Source: Spirochaetota bacterium
GTDB taxonomy: Bacteria > Spirochaetota > B62-G9 > DRHN01
Direction: 5' to 3'
Length of the DNA: 42,369 nt
Assembly: GCA_030603285.1 (NCBI GenBank)
Contig: JAUVYC010000001.1
Location: forward strand, 1-42,369
The stretch's first letter is position 1. Each line of letters starts with the position of its first letter. Shown here piece by piece: positions 27,647 to 36,351 of the stretch. Both the position numbers and the translations under genes were made by a program. The notes under the pieces were generated by a model. The model saw nothing but the letters and a program-made list of their open reading frames with translations. It was not told the origin of the DNA and made no database searches.

Positions 27647-28729
27647 TTATCTCTCACGTGCTTTTAAACCAATACTCAGACAGACTATTAAACCGAGGAC
27701 AACAGAAACAATCCCCCCAAGTTGCACACCTTTAAGAGAACTTGCAATCATAAAGTTATGCGAAAAAGCGGCTCCCGTAATCATTCCCATTACCGTAATA
27801 ATTGAATCACCATTACCCTGGGCAGCAAGCACAAGCTGTCTGAAAGGACACCCTCCAAGAAATACTGACCCGAGCCCCACAAGCGCCATTGATAGAAAAT
27901 TCCATAACTGATTATTATGAGCAGCAGGCTGTCCAGTAAACCCAGGCTTAAAAAAACCAAATATTAAATTAATCACAAATACCCCAGCAAATGTTCCCAC
28001 TAAACCTGAGAGAAGATGAGGGGACCTGAAGAGAATCATATCACGTATACCGCCGGCAAAACATAACCGTGAACGTTGACCCAGTATACCCACAAGCATA
28101 CCGGCTCCCAACGAGAAGGGTATCGGTGCATGTACGCTCTCTGGGCCCTTCTCACTAAAAAAAATAAAAGGAGGCCTCATAAAAATCAGGATTACACCAC
28201 CAATCGCCAACAGCGGCATTATCAAGGATGTAATGTTGAACTTCTCTTTATAAGACCTGCCAAGTGAAGTCCCTTTATGCAAAAACATTGTTCCTGTTCC
28301 GATCCCGGTGATAAAACCTCCGAGACCAAACAAAGCATTCCCATCTCCACCTCCAAGCCGTAACACCATTCGCGTTGGACAGCCAAGGAAAACAAGTGAA
28401 CCAATCATGACAAACATCCCTATTATGAATCTAACTGCTGGAGATGAACCGGACCTTGCAAAAGATTCCTTGCCAAAGAAGGTAGAGATTGCAGCACCCA
28501 GTATTATACCCAATATCTCCGGACGAAGGTACTGTACAGCTTCGGCGCGATGGAAACCCAGAGCTCCTGCAATATCACGTTCAAAACAGGCCATGCAAAA
28601 ACCCATATTCGGGGGATTCCCAAGTTTTACCAAAATACCTCCTACTACACCAAGGATAAATCCTGCTGTTATCACTACAGGCGGAAACTTTTCTTTCCAG
28701 TCAGCACTAATCTGCCAGGTGTTGCTCAT
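27647..28729 (-). CDS. yedE: YedE/FdhT-family putative selenium-metabolism membrane protein
   Basis: 360-aa polytopic ORF with paired Cys-containing half-helix motifs GFCMACFERD and RLCFAGGIRD plus GGCPFRQ. Translationally coupled (ATGA) to yedF upstream. Confidence 0.8.
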   Translation of the reverse strand: MSNTWQISADWKEKFPPVVITAGFILGVVGGILVKLGNPPNMGFCMACFERDIAGALGFHRAEAVQYLRPEILGIILGAAISTFFGKESFARSGSSPAVRFIIGMFVMIGSLVFLGCPTRMVLRLGGGDGNALFGLGGFITGIGTGTMFLHKGTSLGRSYKEKFNITSLIMPLLAIGGVILIFMRPPFIFFSEKGPESVHAPIPFSLGAGMLVGILGQRSRLCFAGGIRDMILFRSPHLLSGLVGTFAGVFVINLIFGFFKPGFTGQPAAHNNQLWNFLSMALVGLGSVFLGGCPFRQLVLAAQGNGDSIITVMGMITGAAFSHNFMIASSLKGVQLGGIVSVVLGLIVCLSIGLKARER

Positions 28730-28953
28730 TTTTGTTCATCGCTTTTGGTGATTGTTAGTCTAAATTCACCATCTTCTTCAACCAGATCAACCATACACCC
28801 ATAACTTCGAGCCAATCGCCAAACATTCTCCTTTGCAACCTCCTCATCTACCAATACCACAATCTCGCCAGAAGTTAATGCCTCAATCGCTGATTTTGCC
28901 TTGATTACAGGTCCAGGACATGATAGTCCTCGTGCATCAACCACTTTTGCCAT
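28726..28953 (-). CDS. yedF: YedF/TusA(SirA)-like sulfur/selenium carrier protein
   Basis: 75-aa ORF with DARGLSCPGPVIKAK (the TusA-type CPxP motif). ATG 28953 lies 7 nt after RBS aaggagg; the track ORF starts one codon earlier at GTG 28956. Confidence 0.8.
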   Translation of the reverse strand: MAKVVDARGLSCPGPVIKAKSAIEALTSGEIVVLVDEEVAKENVWRLARSYGCMVDLVEEDGEFRLTITKSDEQK

Positions 28954-28999
28954 CACCTTTCCTCCTTAAATAACTATATTAATAATTGTGTAAATCTCG

Positions 29000-29029
29000 A
29001 TTCTATCATGCTTTCCAGACTTCAGTTAA
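29000..29029 (-). promoter_or_regulatory. Candidate sigma70-type promoter of yedF-yedE-csd-DUF3343
   Basis: On the minus strand, an extended -10 TGaTAGAAT (29008..29000) and -35 TTAACT (29029..29024) with 18-nt spacer. Predicted TSS is about 40 nt upstream of the yedF start. Confidence 0.3.
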
Positions 29030-29035
29030 TTAGTC

Positions 29036-29081
29036 GCTGGTGAATAATGCAATATTTAGCAATGCATTAATCACCACCAGC
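29036..29081. promoter_or_regulatory. 46-bp imperfect palindrome abutting the candidate -35 of the yedF operon (operator or RNA hairpin)
   Basis: GCTGGTGA-ATAATGCA (29036-29051) pairs with TGCATTAA-TCACC(ACC)AGC (29063-81). About 15 of 16 positions pair, with a 3-nt bulge. There is no T-run, so it is not a canonical terminator. Confidence 0.4.
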
Positions 29082-29180
29082 TCCCGAATTGGTTATTTAT
29101 GATAATTAGATATTGTAGTCAAAATTGCCATCATATTAAATGTTACACATTTATATATAGGAAATAAAAGAACCAATTCT

Positions 29181-29207
29181 GTAGTTGGTGCTCCTGTTAC
29201 CAACTAC
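29181..29207 (-). terminator. Hairpin downstream of selD (terminator candidate)
   Basis: 9-bp stem GTAGTTGGT / ACCAACTAC with 9-nt loop. On the minus strand a T-rich stretch (TTCTTTTATTT) begins about 8 nt after the stem, so the geometry is imperfect. Confidence 0.35.
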
Positions 29208-29395
29208 TAATTAGTTCCTTAACTCATTATATTACAATAGTTAATATTCTTGGAATTGCCAATTTATATACAAAATCGAATTATTCATCAGGAACTAATT
29301 ATGAGTTTCTCTTATTTCACCTGAATATTTCTTCAGGTCTCATTGGAAATTACACAACAAAATACACTTAAATCCTACTATCGGTTACCCTTCTG

Positions 29396-30445
29396 CTATA
29401 CTCTCCTAACTCTAATCAGGGGTTTATCAGAGACTCCTAGCACCTTCCCTACCACCTTACATTGAGTTGATAATTTCCGTTCTGCACTGTCCATCATTTC
29501 CTTCAACTTATCGTATGGACAGGAGATTAGTAACCCTCCTGAAGTTTGTGGATCAAACAACACGTCCTGTTCAGCGAGGTCAATGTTACTATCAAATTTC
29601 ACCATATTACCAACGTACTCTCGATTGCTATATGTAGCACCCGACAATAAGCCCATTGCAGCATAATCCAGCACGTTAGTCAAAAGTGGAACAGAATCAA
29701 AATAAATATCTATCGAAACACCACTTGCTTTTGCCATTTGATACACATGACCAAGAAAGCCAAAACCTGTGATATCAGTACATGATACCGCACCGTATTT
29801 CTGTGCTATAATTGATGCATCTGCATTAAGCGTGCTCATAAATTGATTTGCTTCATTCTCATGCATTTTGTCAGCCAGACCAGCTTTAGCTGCCATTATG
29901 GTAATACCTGTTCCCAGTGGTTTGGTAAGAATCAGAGCATCTCCCATTTTTGCATGTGAATTATCCAATATCTCCCGAGGATTAACAATACCGGTAACAG
30001 CGAGACCAAATTTTGGTTGTGAGTCCACTATTGAATGACCGCCCAGGAGCACAACCCCCGCTTCTTTCAATTTAGAAATTGCGCCACTTATTATTGCCTT
30101 CAATATTTCGGGTCCTAAAGCCTTTACAGGGAAACATACGATTGCCAGAGATGTCAGAGGCTCCCCCCCCATTGCATATATATCACTCAGTGAGTTGGCA
30201 GCAGCAATTTGACCGTAAATGAAAGGGTCTCTTGCAACAGGCGGGAAATAGTCTACTGTCTGCACCAGACATTTATCATCGGAAATCTGGTAAATTCCTG
30301 CATCATCCATGGACTGAGGTCCGATAAGAAGAGCCGGACTATCAGGAAGCTCAACATCCTGCAGGATACAGGATAACATATCTGCAGGTACCTTTGCTGC
30401 ACAACCACACTCTCCTGAAATTTTAAACAAATCAACTGACATCAA
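29396..30445 (-). CDS. selD: Selenide, water dikinase (selenophosphate synthetase), Cys form
   Basis: 349-aa ORF. N-terminal glycine-rich Cys motif SGECGCAAKVP (Cys, not UGA, at the catalytic position) and PurM-like fold motifs DDAGIY and LLGGHS. RBS aaggag lies 9 nt upstream. Confidence 0.9.
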   Translation of the reverse strand: MMSVDLFKISGECGCAAKVPADMLSCILQDVELPDSPALLIGPQSMDDAGIYQISDDKCLVQTVDYFPPVARDPFIYGQIAAANSLSDIYAMGGEPLTSLAIVCFPVKALGPEILKAIISGAISKLKEAGVVLLGGHSIVDSQPKFGLAVTGIVNPREILDNSHAKMGDALILTKPLGTGITIMAAKAGLADKMHENEANQFMSTLNADASIIAQKYGAVSCTDITGFGFLGHVYQMAKASGVSIDIYFDSVPLLTNVLDYAAMGLLSGATYSNREYVGNMVKFDSNIDLAEQDVLFDPQTSGGLLISCPYDKLKEMMDSAERKLSTQCKVVGKVLGVSDKPLIRVRRV

Positions 30446-30718
30446 TAACCAGCTCCTTTGTCAATGAAGTTCATAGACCATGTTGTTTTTATTAAAAATA
30501 TCTTATATAGGCCTGCTTACTTTTTTTTATAGAGAATTGCTCTATTGAAGGGGATTTTTTGCGGTTTAGTGAAATAAAGAAGATTAATAACATTGCACAA
30601 TTATTCATTACTGCTTTCTTTCTTTTGTACGGCAGACACTACCAGACCGGTCTCGCTCCCGTACATTGTCTTTCAGTAAAAACTCTTTTTCTATTTAAAT
30701 AGCTTCCAGTGTTCATGT

Positions 30719-30747
30719 ATGGTAGATTAATCAAATAATATTGTCAA
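30719..30747 (-). promoter_or_regulatory. Candidate promoter for selD, 16 nt after the selB stop
   Basis: On the minus strand, consensus -35 TTGACA (30747..30742), exactly 17-nt spacer, and -10 TACCAT (30724..30719). This implies a selD leader of about 265 nt. Confidence 0.4.
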
Positions 30748-30762
30748 GTAAAAAATATTAAA

Positions 30763-32745
30763 TTATACTCGTTTTGCTTTAAGCGCGGCAGTGCCTTTTT
30801 CTGTTATCATACGCATGTCCCCAGATCGTCTGGTAACACCTTCGGCATCATATATACCTAATAGAAGCAGGCATATCTTTCTGTTGCCGCTAACGAGGTT
30901 ACGAAACTCTGCCACGGTCATGCCATCCTGGCGGTCAGCAAGAGCCTGATTATAAAGAGCCTGATTAGACAACGCTTGCAGCAATTTCTTTCTGCTGTGA
31001 TCCACTACTGACGCATGAAGATAGTTACCATCTATAAAATAGGCCTCTTTCTTTTCAACAAGATAACGCAGAATATTATTTAATCCCTGTTCGTCTATAC
31101 CCTGTTTCTTCGCCGCAGGAATAAGCTCCGACATAATTGGAGTACGCATCTTACAATTTTTCAGGAAATTCGATACAAAGCTGACCTTGCGGTTTAATTC
31201 CGGTCCAATGTCTCCTGTGTGGTTATCGAGCACCCATGTTTGTTCCACACGTTTTATTTTCCTATCCGATTCCATTTTATTAAGCAGCATTCTTAAAATA
31301 ACTTCTGCAGAAGAGCTATGGTCTATCCTTAATATTCCCATAAGTTCCTCAGTTTTACGGCCTTTCCTGTCAAGGGGATTTCGTGAGTGAAAGGCAGCAA
31401 TGTTTTTCAATAATTGCTCCTTTAATCTGTCGTGCTCTCTCTTTATTATTAAATACACAGTATCACCGGAAGTATAGGAAACAATATGTGTTGATAGATA
31501 ACCGGATAATACTTCACGCATCCTATCAGGTGAGACATTCAGTATATTGGCAATCTCTACATGGCTAATCGAACTGAAGTGCTTGTTTACTTCTGCAGCA
31601 GCAAGTTCCTGCAGGTTACCTTCAGATATCCTGGCCATACTTTCAATCAGTTTAACAGGTCGCCTCCTGTGATGTAGAGGGAATCCATCGATTACATTAC
31701 CTCCGCCAAGAGTCAAATCGCTCGACGTGTTTCGAATTACAAACCTATCATCATACTGGACAATGCATGGGGTATCGAGATGTATCTGAACCAGAGCGGT
31801 ATTTCCCCCGGTTAACCTGTCACGATCAATCAAGTGCACCTTTGCCTGTTGTTCATACGTGCCAAGATGGAAAACAACTTGATTCCACAGGCCAAAACTG
31901 CTAATATGTTGAAAGAGACGCAGTTTTACATCGAGCATTTTTGTATGGCGAAGAATACGGTCTGAAAGGATCATGCCTCGTTTAAAGTCTTCACGGTTAA
32001 GCCCTACAAGGTTTATTGCTGCCCTGTCACCGGCAACTACTTCCTGGGCTTTTTTGCCGTAACGTTCAATATGACGCACACGCAACCTTTTTTCTCCAGG
32101 TAATAGGTACGCTGTATCACCTACATGGAGGACTCCACCTATCACTGAACCTGTGACTACCGTACCAATGCCCTTTACACTGAAAATCCGGTCAATAAAC
32201 ATCCTAAAAACCTCGCCAACCGGCCTATCAATAACTTGAGATGCAACCTGGTTAATGCATGCCATTAACTGGTCAAGCCCCTCGCCTTTGATTGAAGATA
32301 CTCTTACGATTGGACAATCCGCCATAAAAGTCCCATGTAAAAGTTCCTTTATTTCTTCCTCGGCAAGTTCAATAATGTCAGGTTCAACCATGTCAATTTT
32401 CGTTATAACAGCAATTCCGCTCTGTATGCCCAGTGCTTCCATAATCTGAAGATGCTCACGTGTTTGAGGCATAACACCTTTATCTGCTGCAACAACCAGC
32501 AGGGCAAAGTCAATACCGCTTGCACCACCTACCATTGTATGAACAAAATCGCGATGACCTGGCACATCAATAATACCGATTTTATCCCCGGAAAGAAGAG
32601 TCATATAAGCAAACCCCAGGTTTATTGTTATGCCCCGTCTCTTCTCTTCTTTGTGTGTATCACAATCAATACCTGTCAGTGCTTTTATTAATGTGGTCTT
32701 TCCATGATCGATGTGACCCGCAGTACCCATAATAAGGTGTCTCAC
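30763..32745 (-). CDS. selB: Selenocysteine-specific translation elongation factor
   Basis: 660-aa ORF. GTPase motifs GHIDHGKT, DVPGH and TKID, EF-Tu-like domains, and a long C-terminal winged-helix extension typical of bacterial SelB. GTG start has RBS ggagag 4 nt upstream. Confidence 0.9.
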   Translation of the reverse strand: MRHLIMGTAGHIDHGKTTLIKALTGIDCDTHKEEKRRGITINLGFAYMTLLSGDKIGIIDVPGHRDFVHTMVGGASGIDFALLVVAADKGVMPQTREHLQIMEALGIQSGIAVITKIDMVEPDIIELAEEEIKELLHGTFMADCPIVRVSSIKGEGLDQLMACINQVASQVIDRPVGEVFRMFIDRIFSVKGIGTVVTGSVIGGVLHVGDTAYLLPGEKRLRVRHIERYGKKAQEVVAGDRAAINLVGLNREDFKRGMILSDRILRHTKMLDVKLRLFQHISSFGLWNQVVFHLGTYEQQAKVHLIDRDRLTGGNTALVQIHLDTPCIVQYDDRFVIRNTSSDLTLGGGNVIDGFPLHHRRRPVKLIESMARISEGNLQELAAAEVNKHFSSISHVEIANILNVSPDRMREVLSGYLSTHIVSYTSGDTVYLIIKREHDRLKEQLLKNIAAFHSRNPLDRKGRKTEELMGILRIDHSSSAEVILRMLLNKMESDRKIKRVEQTWVLDNHTGDIGPELNRKVSFVSNFLKNCKMRTPIMSELIPAAKKQGIDEQGLNNILRYLVEKKEAYFIDGNYLHASVVDHSRKKLLQALSNQALYNQALADRQDGMTVAEFRNLVSGNRKICLLLLGIYDAEGVTRRSGDMRMITEKGTAALKAKRV

Positions 32746-32780
32746 TGTACTCTCTCCATGTCAATGGATAAGTCAACAAA

Positions 32781-34502
32781 CTAATCTCTGGTTAATACTG
32801 CCTGCATAACCCTGAACAGGTTAAATCTAACCAACCTTACAGGCCACCTTAACTCTTCCTGTCTGCTGATATTTGAATTTTCCAGTTGATTGAACCTGTT
32901 TCTCAGTTTTTCAATCTCTATTTCTCGTAACTTTTCATCTTTGATTGATACAATCTCATCAATCCACCGGATAAGTTGTTTTGCCTCTTTGATTAGTACC
33001 TCTAACTTTTCAGCTTCCTTTTGTTTCAATAAACCGAATCTTGCTTTTAATCGATTAAGCTCAAGGGCAGCGTCGTATGTGGATGTAACGATTTCATGTC
33101 GACTCATCCATTCTGTCTCGTAGCTGAGTATATATTTCCAACTGGGTTGTAAGAGAGCCTGCCTGTGCTCCTCCAGGGTTTTATAGAATAACCTGTAACC
33201 GTATTTTTGAGGATCTTCAAATGCCCGGCTTCCTGGATCTAAAAATGGAGATAAGGCAGAGATATAGGGATGTATCCTGCCTGAGTTGGCCTTTGAAAAA
33301 TTTTCTAACAACCCCTCGCAATATTTTATTGTCTCCTTTACTGACTGGGAGGTTTGCTTGGGCAAACCTATCATAAAAAACAAATCTATCCGCTTACATC
33401 CAACTTCCAGAGCATCCTCAATGGTTTTTTCCAGGCTTCTGTTATTGTAATCCTTGCCAAAGGCCTTCCGAACCTCTTCATCATGAGACTCCGGTGAAAT
33501 CTGGAGGTTGAAGTTAGGAATAGAGCGAGCGATCATCTTTAAAAATTCTCTGGTTGCAGGGGAAAAGATCTCCATCGCTATGTGATTTTTGATCTTTTTT
33601 TCCCTGATCTTATCCAACAGTTCCTCAGCATATCGTGCACCTCCCTGGCGAATATCATCTAAAATAAAGATTGGACCTTTCAGACACTTCGAAATCAGAC
33701 CAATATCCTTTGCAACCAGTTGAGGACTTCGATAAGATGGAATGCTCCTTCTGCATATCCGCTTATAGTATTGAGCTGAACCACCACAAATTACGCAGTT
33801 ATTGATACATCCTTTCCAGGGAAGTACAGCCACAATGGGATAATTAATCCAACCTTGAAATGGTAGATGACCTATGAGATCATTATATCGAATACTCGAA
33901 TTTATTATGTTCCTGTAGTCAAAAGATACATCATCTAAATCAGAGGGTATGTGAGAGAATTCATTCACCCTGACTTTATTGTCATCATTACGCCACGTCA
34001 AATTAGGCACATCACATGGCGGCTCATTCTGCCCAATTCTTTTAATAAGTTGCAGCAGGGGTTGTTCTGCTGAATCACCCCTGATAACATAATCGACCTG
34101 GGGATATCTAATAAGTTCCTGATGGTAATATGAAGCTGACATCCCTCCGAAGATTATCGGGGTTTTTGGGTGATATCTCTTAATAATCCTGGCTAATTCA
34201 AGACTTCCCTGCGCATGCACAAGCCAATGTAAATCTATGCCAAAGGCTAATGGATTTAAGGATTTGATTAACTTCTCAACACAAAAACGTTTATTTTTTA
34301 ACATCCTGAGGGCAACATTTATAATGCGCACTGAATATCCATACCTTTGAAGGTATTCAGATATTGTCATAAAGCCAATAGGATACATCTCAAATATCGG
34401 CGTTGAAGGCACAAGATCACTGATTGGGCCGTACATAATTGACTTTTTTCGGAAATCATAAACACTTGGTGGATGGAGGAGAACTAAGTCAGCTTCGGGC
34501 AT
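32781..34502 (-). CDS. B12-binding-domain radical SAM protein
   Basis: N-terminal Rossmann-like B12-binding-type region (VLLHPP..., IIFGGMSASY, VIRGDSAEQPL) followed by the radical-SAM cluster motif GCINNCVICGG (CX3CX2C). ATG 34502 has RBS gaagga at 9-nt spacing; the track ORF starts at TTG 34529. It ends 35 nt upstream of selB. Confidence 0.8.
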   Translation of the reverse strand: MPEADLVLLHPPSVYDFRKKSIMYGPISDLVPSTPIFEMYPIGFMTISEYLQRYGYSVRIINVALRMLKNKRFCVEKLIKSLNPLAFGIDLHWLVHAQGSLELARIIKRYHPKTPIIFGGMSASYYHQELIRYPQVDYVIRGDSAEQPLLQLIKRIGQNEPPCDVPNLTWRNDDNKVRVNEFSHIPSDLDDVSFDYRNIINSSIRYNDLIGHLPFQGWINYPIVAVLPWKGCINNCVICGGSAQYYKRICRRSIPSYRSPQLVAKDIGLISKCLKGPIFILDDIRQGGARYAEELLDKIREKKIKNHIAMEIFSPATREFLKMIARSIPNFNLQISPESHDEEVRKAFGKDYNNRSLEKTIEDALEVGCKRIDLFFMIGLPKQTSQSVKETIKYCEGLLENFSKANSGRIHPYISALSPFLDPGSRAFEDPQKYGYRLFYKTLEEHRQALLQPSWKYILSYETEWMSRHEIVTSTYDAALELNRLKARFGLLKQKEAEKLEVLIKEAKQLIRWIDEIVSIKDEKLREIEIEKLRNRFNQLENSNISRQEELRWPVRLVRFNLFRVMQAVLTRD

Positions 34503-34506
34503 TAGT

Positions 34507-35415
34507 TTACATCCTTCTCTTTGGGCCAAACAACCTGTTTCCCACTCGAATTGATTCTATCACTCCGTTGTAAGCCAAAGATATCTCTGTATGGGCAGAA
34601 AACCCACATCTTTCACAGGAAATTTCTCCCCTATCTTTCACATAACAACCCTGAGTAATCTTATTATCAGGTCCCACACTGGCGATCATCCATGAATGGC
34701 ATTTCCATCGATTATTCTTCAGCGCCTTAAGGCAGGCATACGAGTTGGTAACAGGGAAACCATCGCTTTTCATCTTGATGAGATCATCCAGAATTGTCAG
34801 GCGTTTGTTAAAGGGAAGAAACATCTCATCCTCTGCTCCATTATAAGGATAATGAAACTGAATAGTTATTCCTTTCACCTTTGAAGAAAGAAACTCTACC
34901 AATTCCGGTACTTCTACCCAGTTGATGGAGTTAATTGTTATATGGGCATATACCCTCGAATGAGAGCAGTTTTTCAGGTTAGCAATAATTCTTTCAAAGC
35001 TTTTGCCTCTGATACGGTCATGCGTTTCCTTAAAGCCATCTATACTTACCCAGATAATATCAGAATCAACCTTGAGGGGAAATGTTCCATTTGTAGTTAT
35101 TCCTACACAAAAGAAAAACCTCTTTGCTTCTTTCACAATATCATTAATATCATAGCTTCCATCTTTCCATACGAATGGCTCGCCGCCTTCAATAATAACT
35201 ACTCTAATGCCGAGATCATAAAGCTTTTTAAAAGACTCCTTTGCCTGTGAAAAAGAAAGACTCTTCCCTTTCTTGCTCCAAAACGGGCAGTGTATACATT
35301 TAAGATTACAATTATAGGTGAGCTTTACTCCTGCTAAAACAGGCCTTTTAATATTCAGAAAGCGGCTTTTTGCATAGCAAGAAAGAAGGTATACATACCA
35401 GTGTAAACCTGTCAT
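34507..35415 (-). CDS. Radical SAM protein with C-terminal Cys-rich (SPASM/twitch-like) auxiliary-cluster region
   Basis: 302-aa ORF. Has LTYNCNLKCIHCPFW (CX3CX2C), IEGGEPF, and C-terminal cysteines CHSW...QGCYV...ISCERCGFSAH. Confidence 0.8.
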   Translation of the reverse strand: MTGLHWYVYLLSCYAKSRFLNIKRPVLAGVKLTYNCNLKCIHCPFWSKKGKSLSFSQAKESFKKLYDLGIRVVIIEGGEPFVWKDGSYDINDIVKEAKRFFFCVGITTNGTFPLKVDSDIIWVSIDGFKETHDRIRGKSFERIIANLKNCSHSRVYAHITINSINWVEVPELVEFLSSKVKGITIQFHYPYNGAEDEMFLPFNKRLTILDDLIKMKSDGFPVTNSYACLKALKNNRWKCHSWMIASVGPDNKITQGCYVKDRGEISCERCGFSAHTEISLAYNGVIESIRVGNRLFGPKRRM

Positions 35416-35725
35416 CTACGTACTTCTCAGTAAATATCAATTCAGCAATTTTATATATAACAGGATTTCTTCTCATCCTGTTTATTGTTAGTTACCTCTT
35501 CAATGTACCTCGTAATCTTTCTGTCAGCCTTTTTGATTCCTATAATTGCCTTTTTAAGAAGTTAATTATTTTAGGTATCATCGACAAACCATATATCACC
35601 ACAACAACACCAACAAATGCAATCAACCCCTGAAATCCAAATCTACTAACCATATTCCTCATCTCCCTTTCATTAAATTATTGTTATGTTCAATATCTTT
35701 GAAAAAATTCCTTTATTGCCCGGAT

Positions 35726-36343
35726 TCACAATTTACCCTGCACTCTCTTATCCATCCTTGCCATATCGACAGCAATTGATCTTGCTCTTTTCAGGTTCTC
35801 TTCAGTGTTAACATTAAAAAAAGCAATGCCTGCCGGGTCAAACCTTTCAACTTCTGTTTTATCGATATACTTTATGCTCTTCTCAGTAAAGAAAGACTGA
35901 ATCCTTAGATTATTTTTATCAAGATATTTCTTGATAGATGTTAAACAATCTTTTGAGTAGATAGCATGTAAAGGTTCCAAAAACCGTTCGAGCCTGGGGA
36001 TGATTACATCGTGTTGTCCTATTAACTCCTTCATATAAGAGATTAACCCGGTATTTAGAAAAGGAAGATCACAGCTTACAACAAAATCGTGCTTATCCTC
36101 TGAAATTGTAAGACCCGAATAGATACCGCCTAAAGGACCTTTGTCTGGTATCAGGTCAGGAACTAAATCCACCTCCAGATGTTTGTATTTTTCCGGGCAA
36201 TTGGTGACAATGATAATTCGAGTAAAGATAGTTGATAATACAGCTATTTCTTTTTCGATTATAGTTTTTTGACCGATCCGAAGAAAGGCTTTTTCATCAC
36301 CAATTCTTTGATTATTGCCACCAGATAGGATTATTGCAGCCAT
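35726..36343 (-). CDS. mobA: Molybdenum cofactor guanylyltransferase
   Basis: 205-aa ORF with N-terminal AAIILSGGNNQRIG and the GPLGGIYSGL motif typical of MobA. It starts 8 nt after the fdhE stop. Confidence 0.85.
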   Translation of the reverse strand: MAAIILSGGNNQRIGDEKAFLRIGQKTIIEKEIAVLSTIFTRIIIVTNCPEKYKHLEVDLVPDLIPDKGPLGGIYSGLTISEDKHDFVVSCDLPFLNTGLISYMKELIGQHDVIIPRLERFLEPLHAIYSKDCLTSIKKYLDKNNLRIQSFFTEKSIKYIDKTEVERFDPAGIAFFNVNTEENLKRARSIAVDMARMDKRVQGKL

Positions 36344-36351
36344 ATTTTAAT

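Noticed and set aside
35370-35633. 87-aa plus-strand ORF upstream of the radical-SAM genes
   Set aside because: It overlaps the 5' end of the radical-SAM gene on the opposite strand. It has no RBS, and its composition looks like translated AT-rich spacer.
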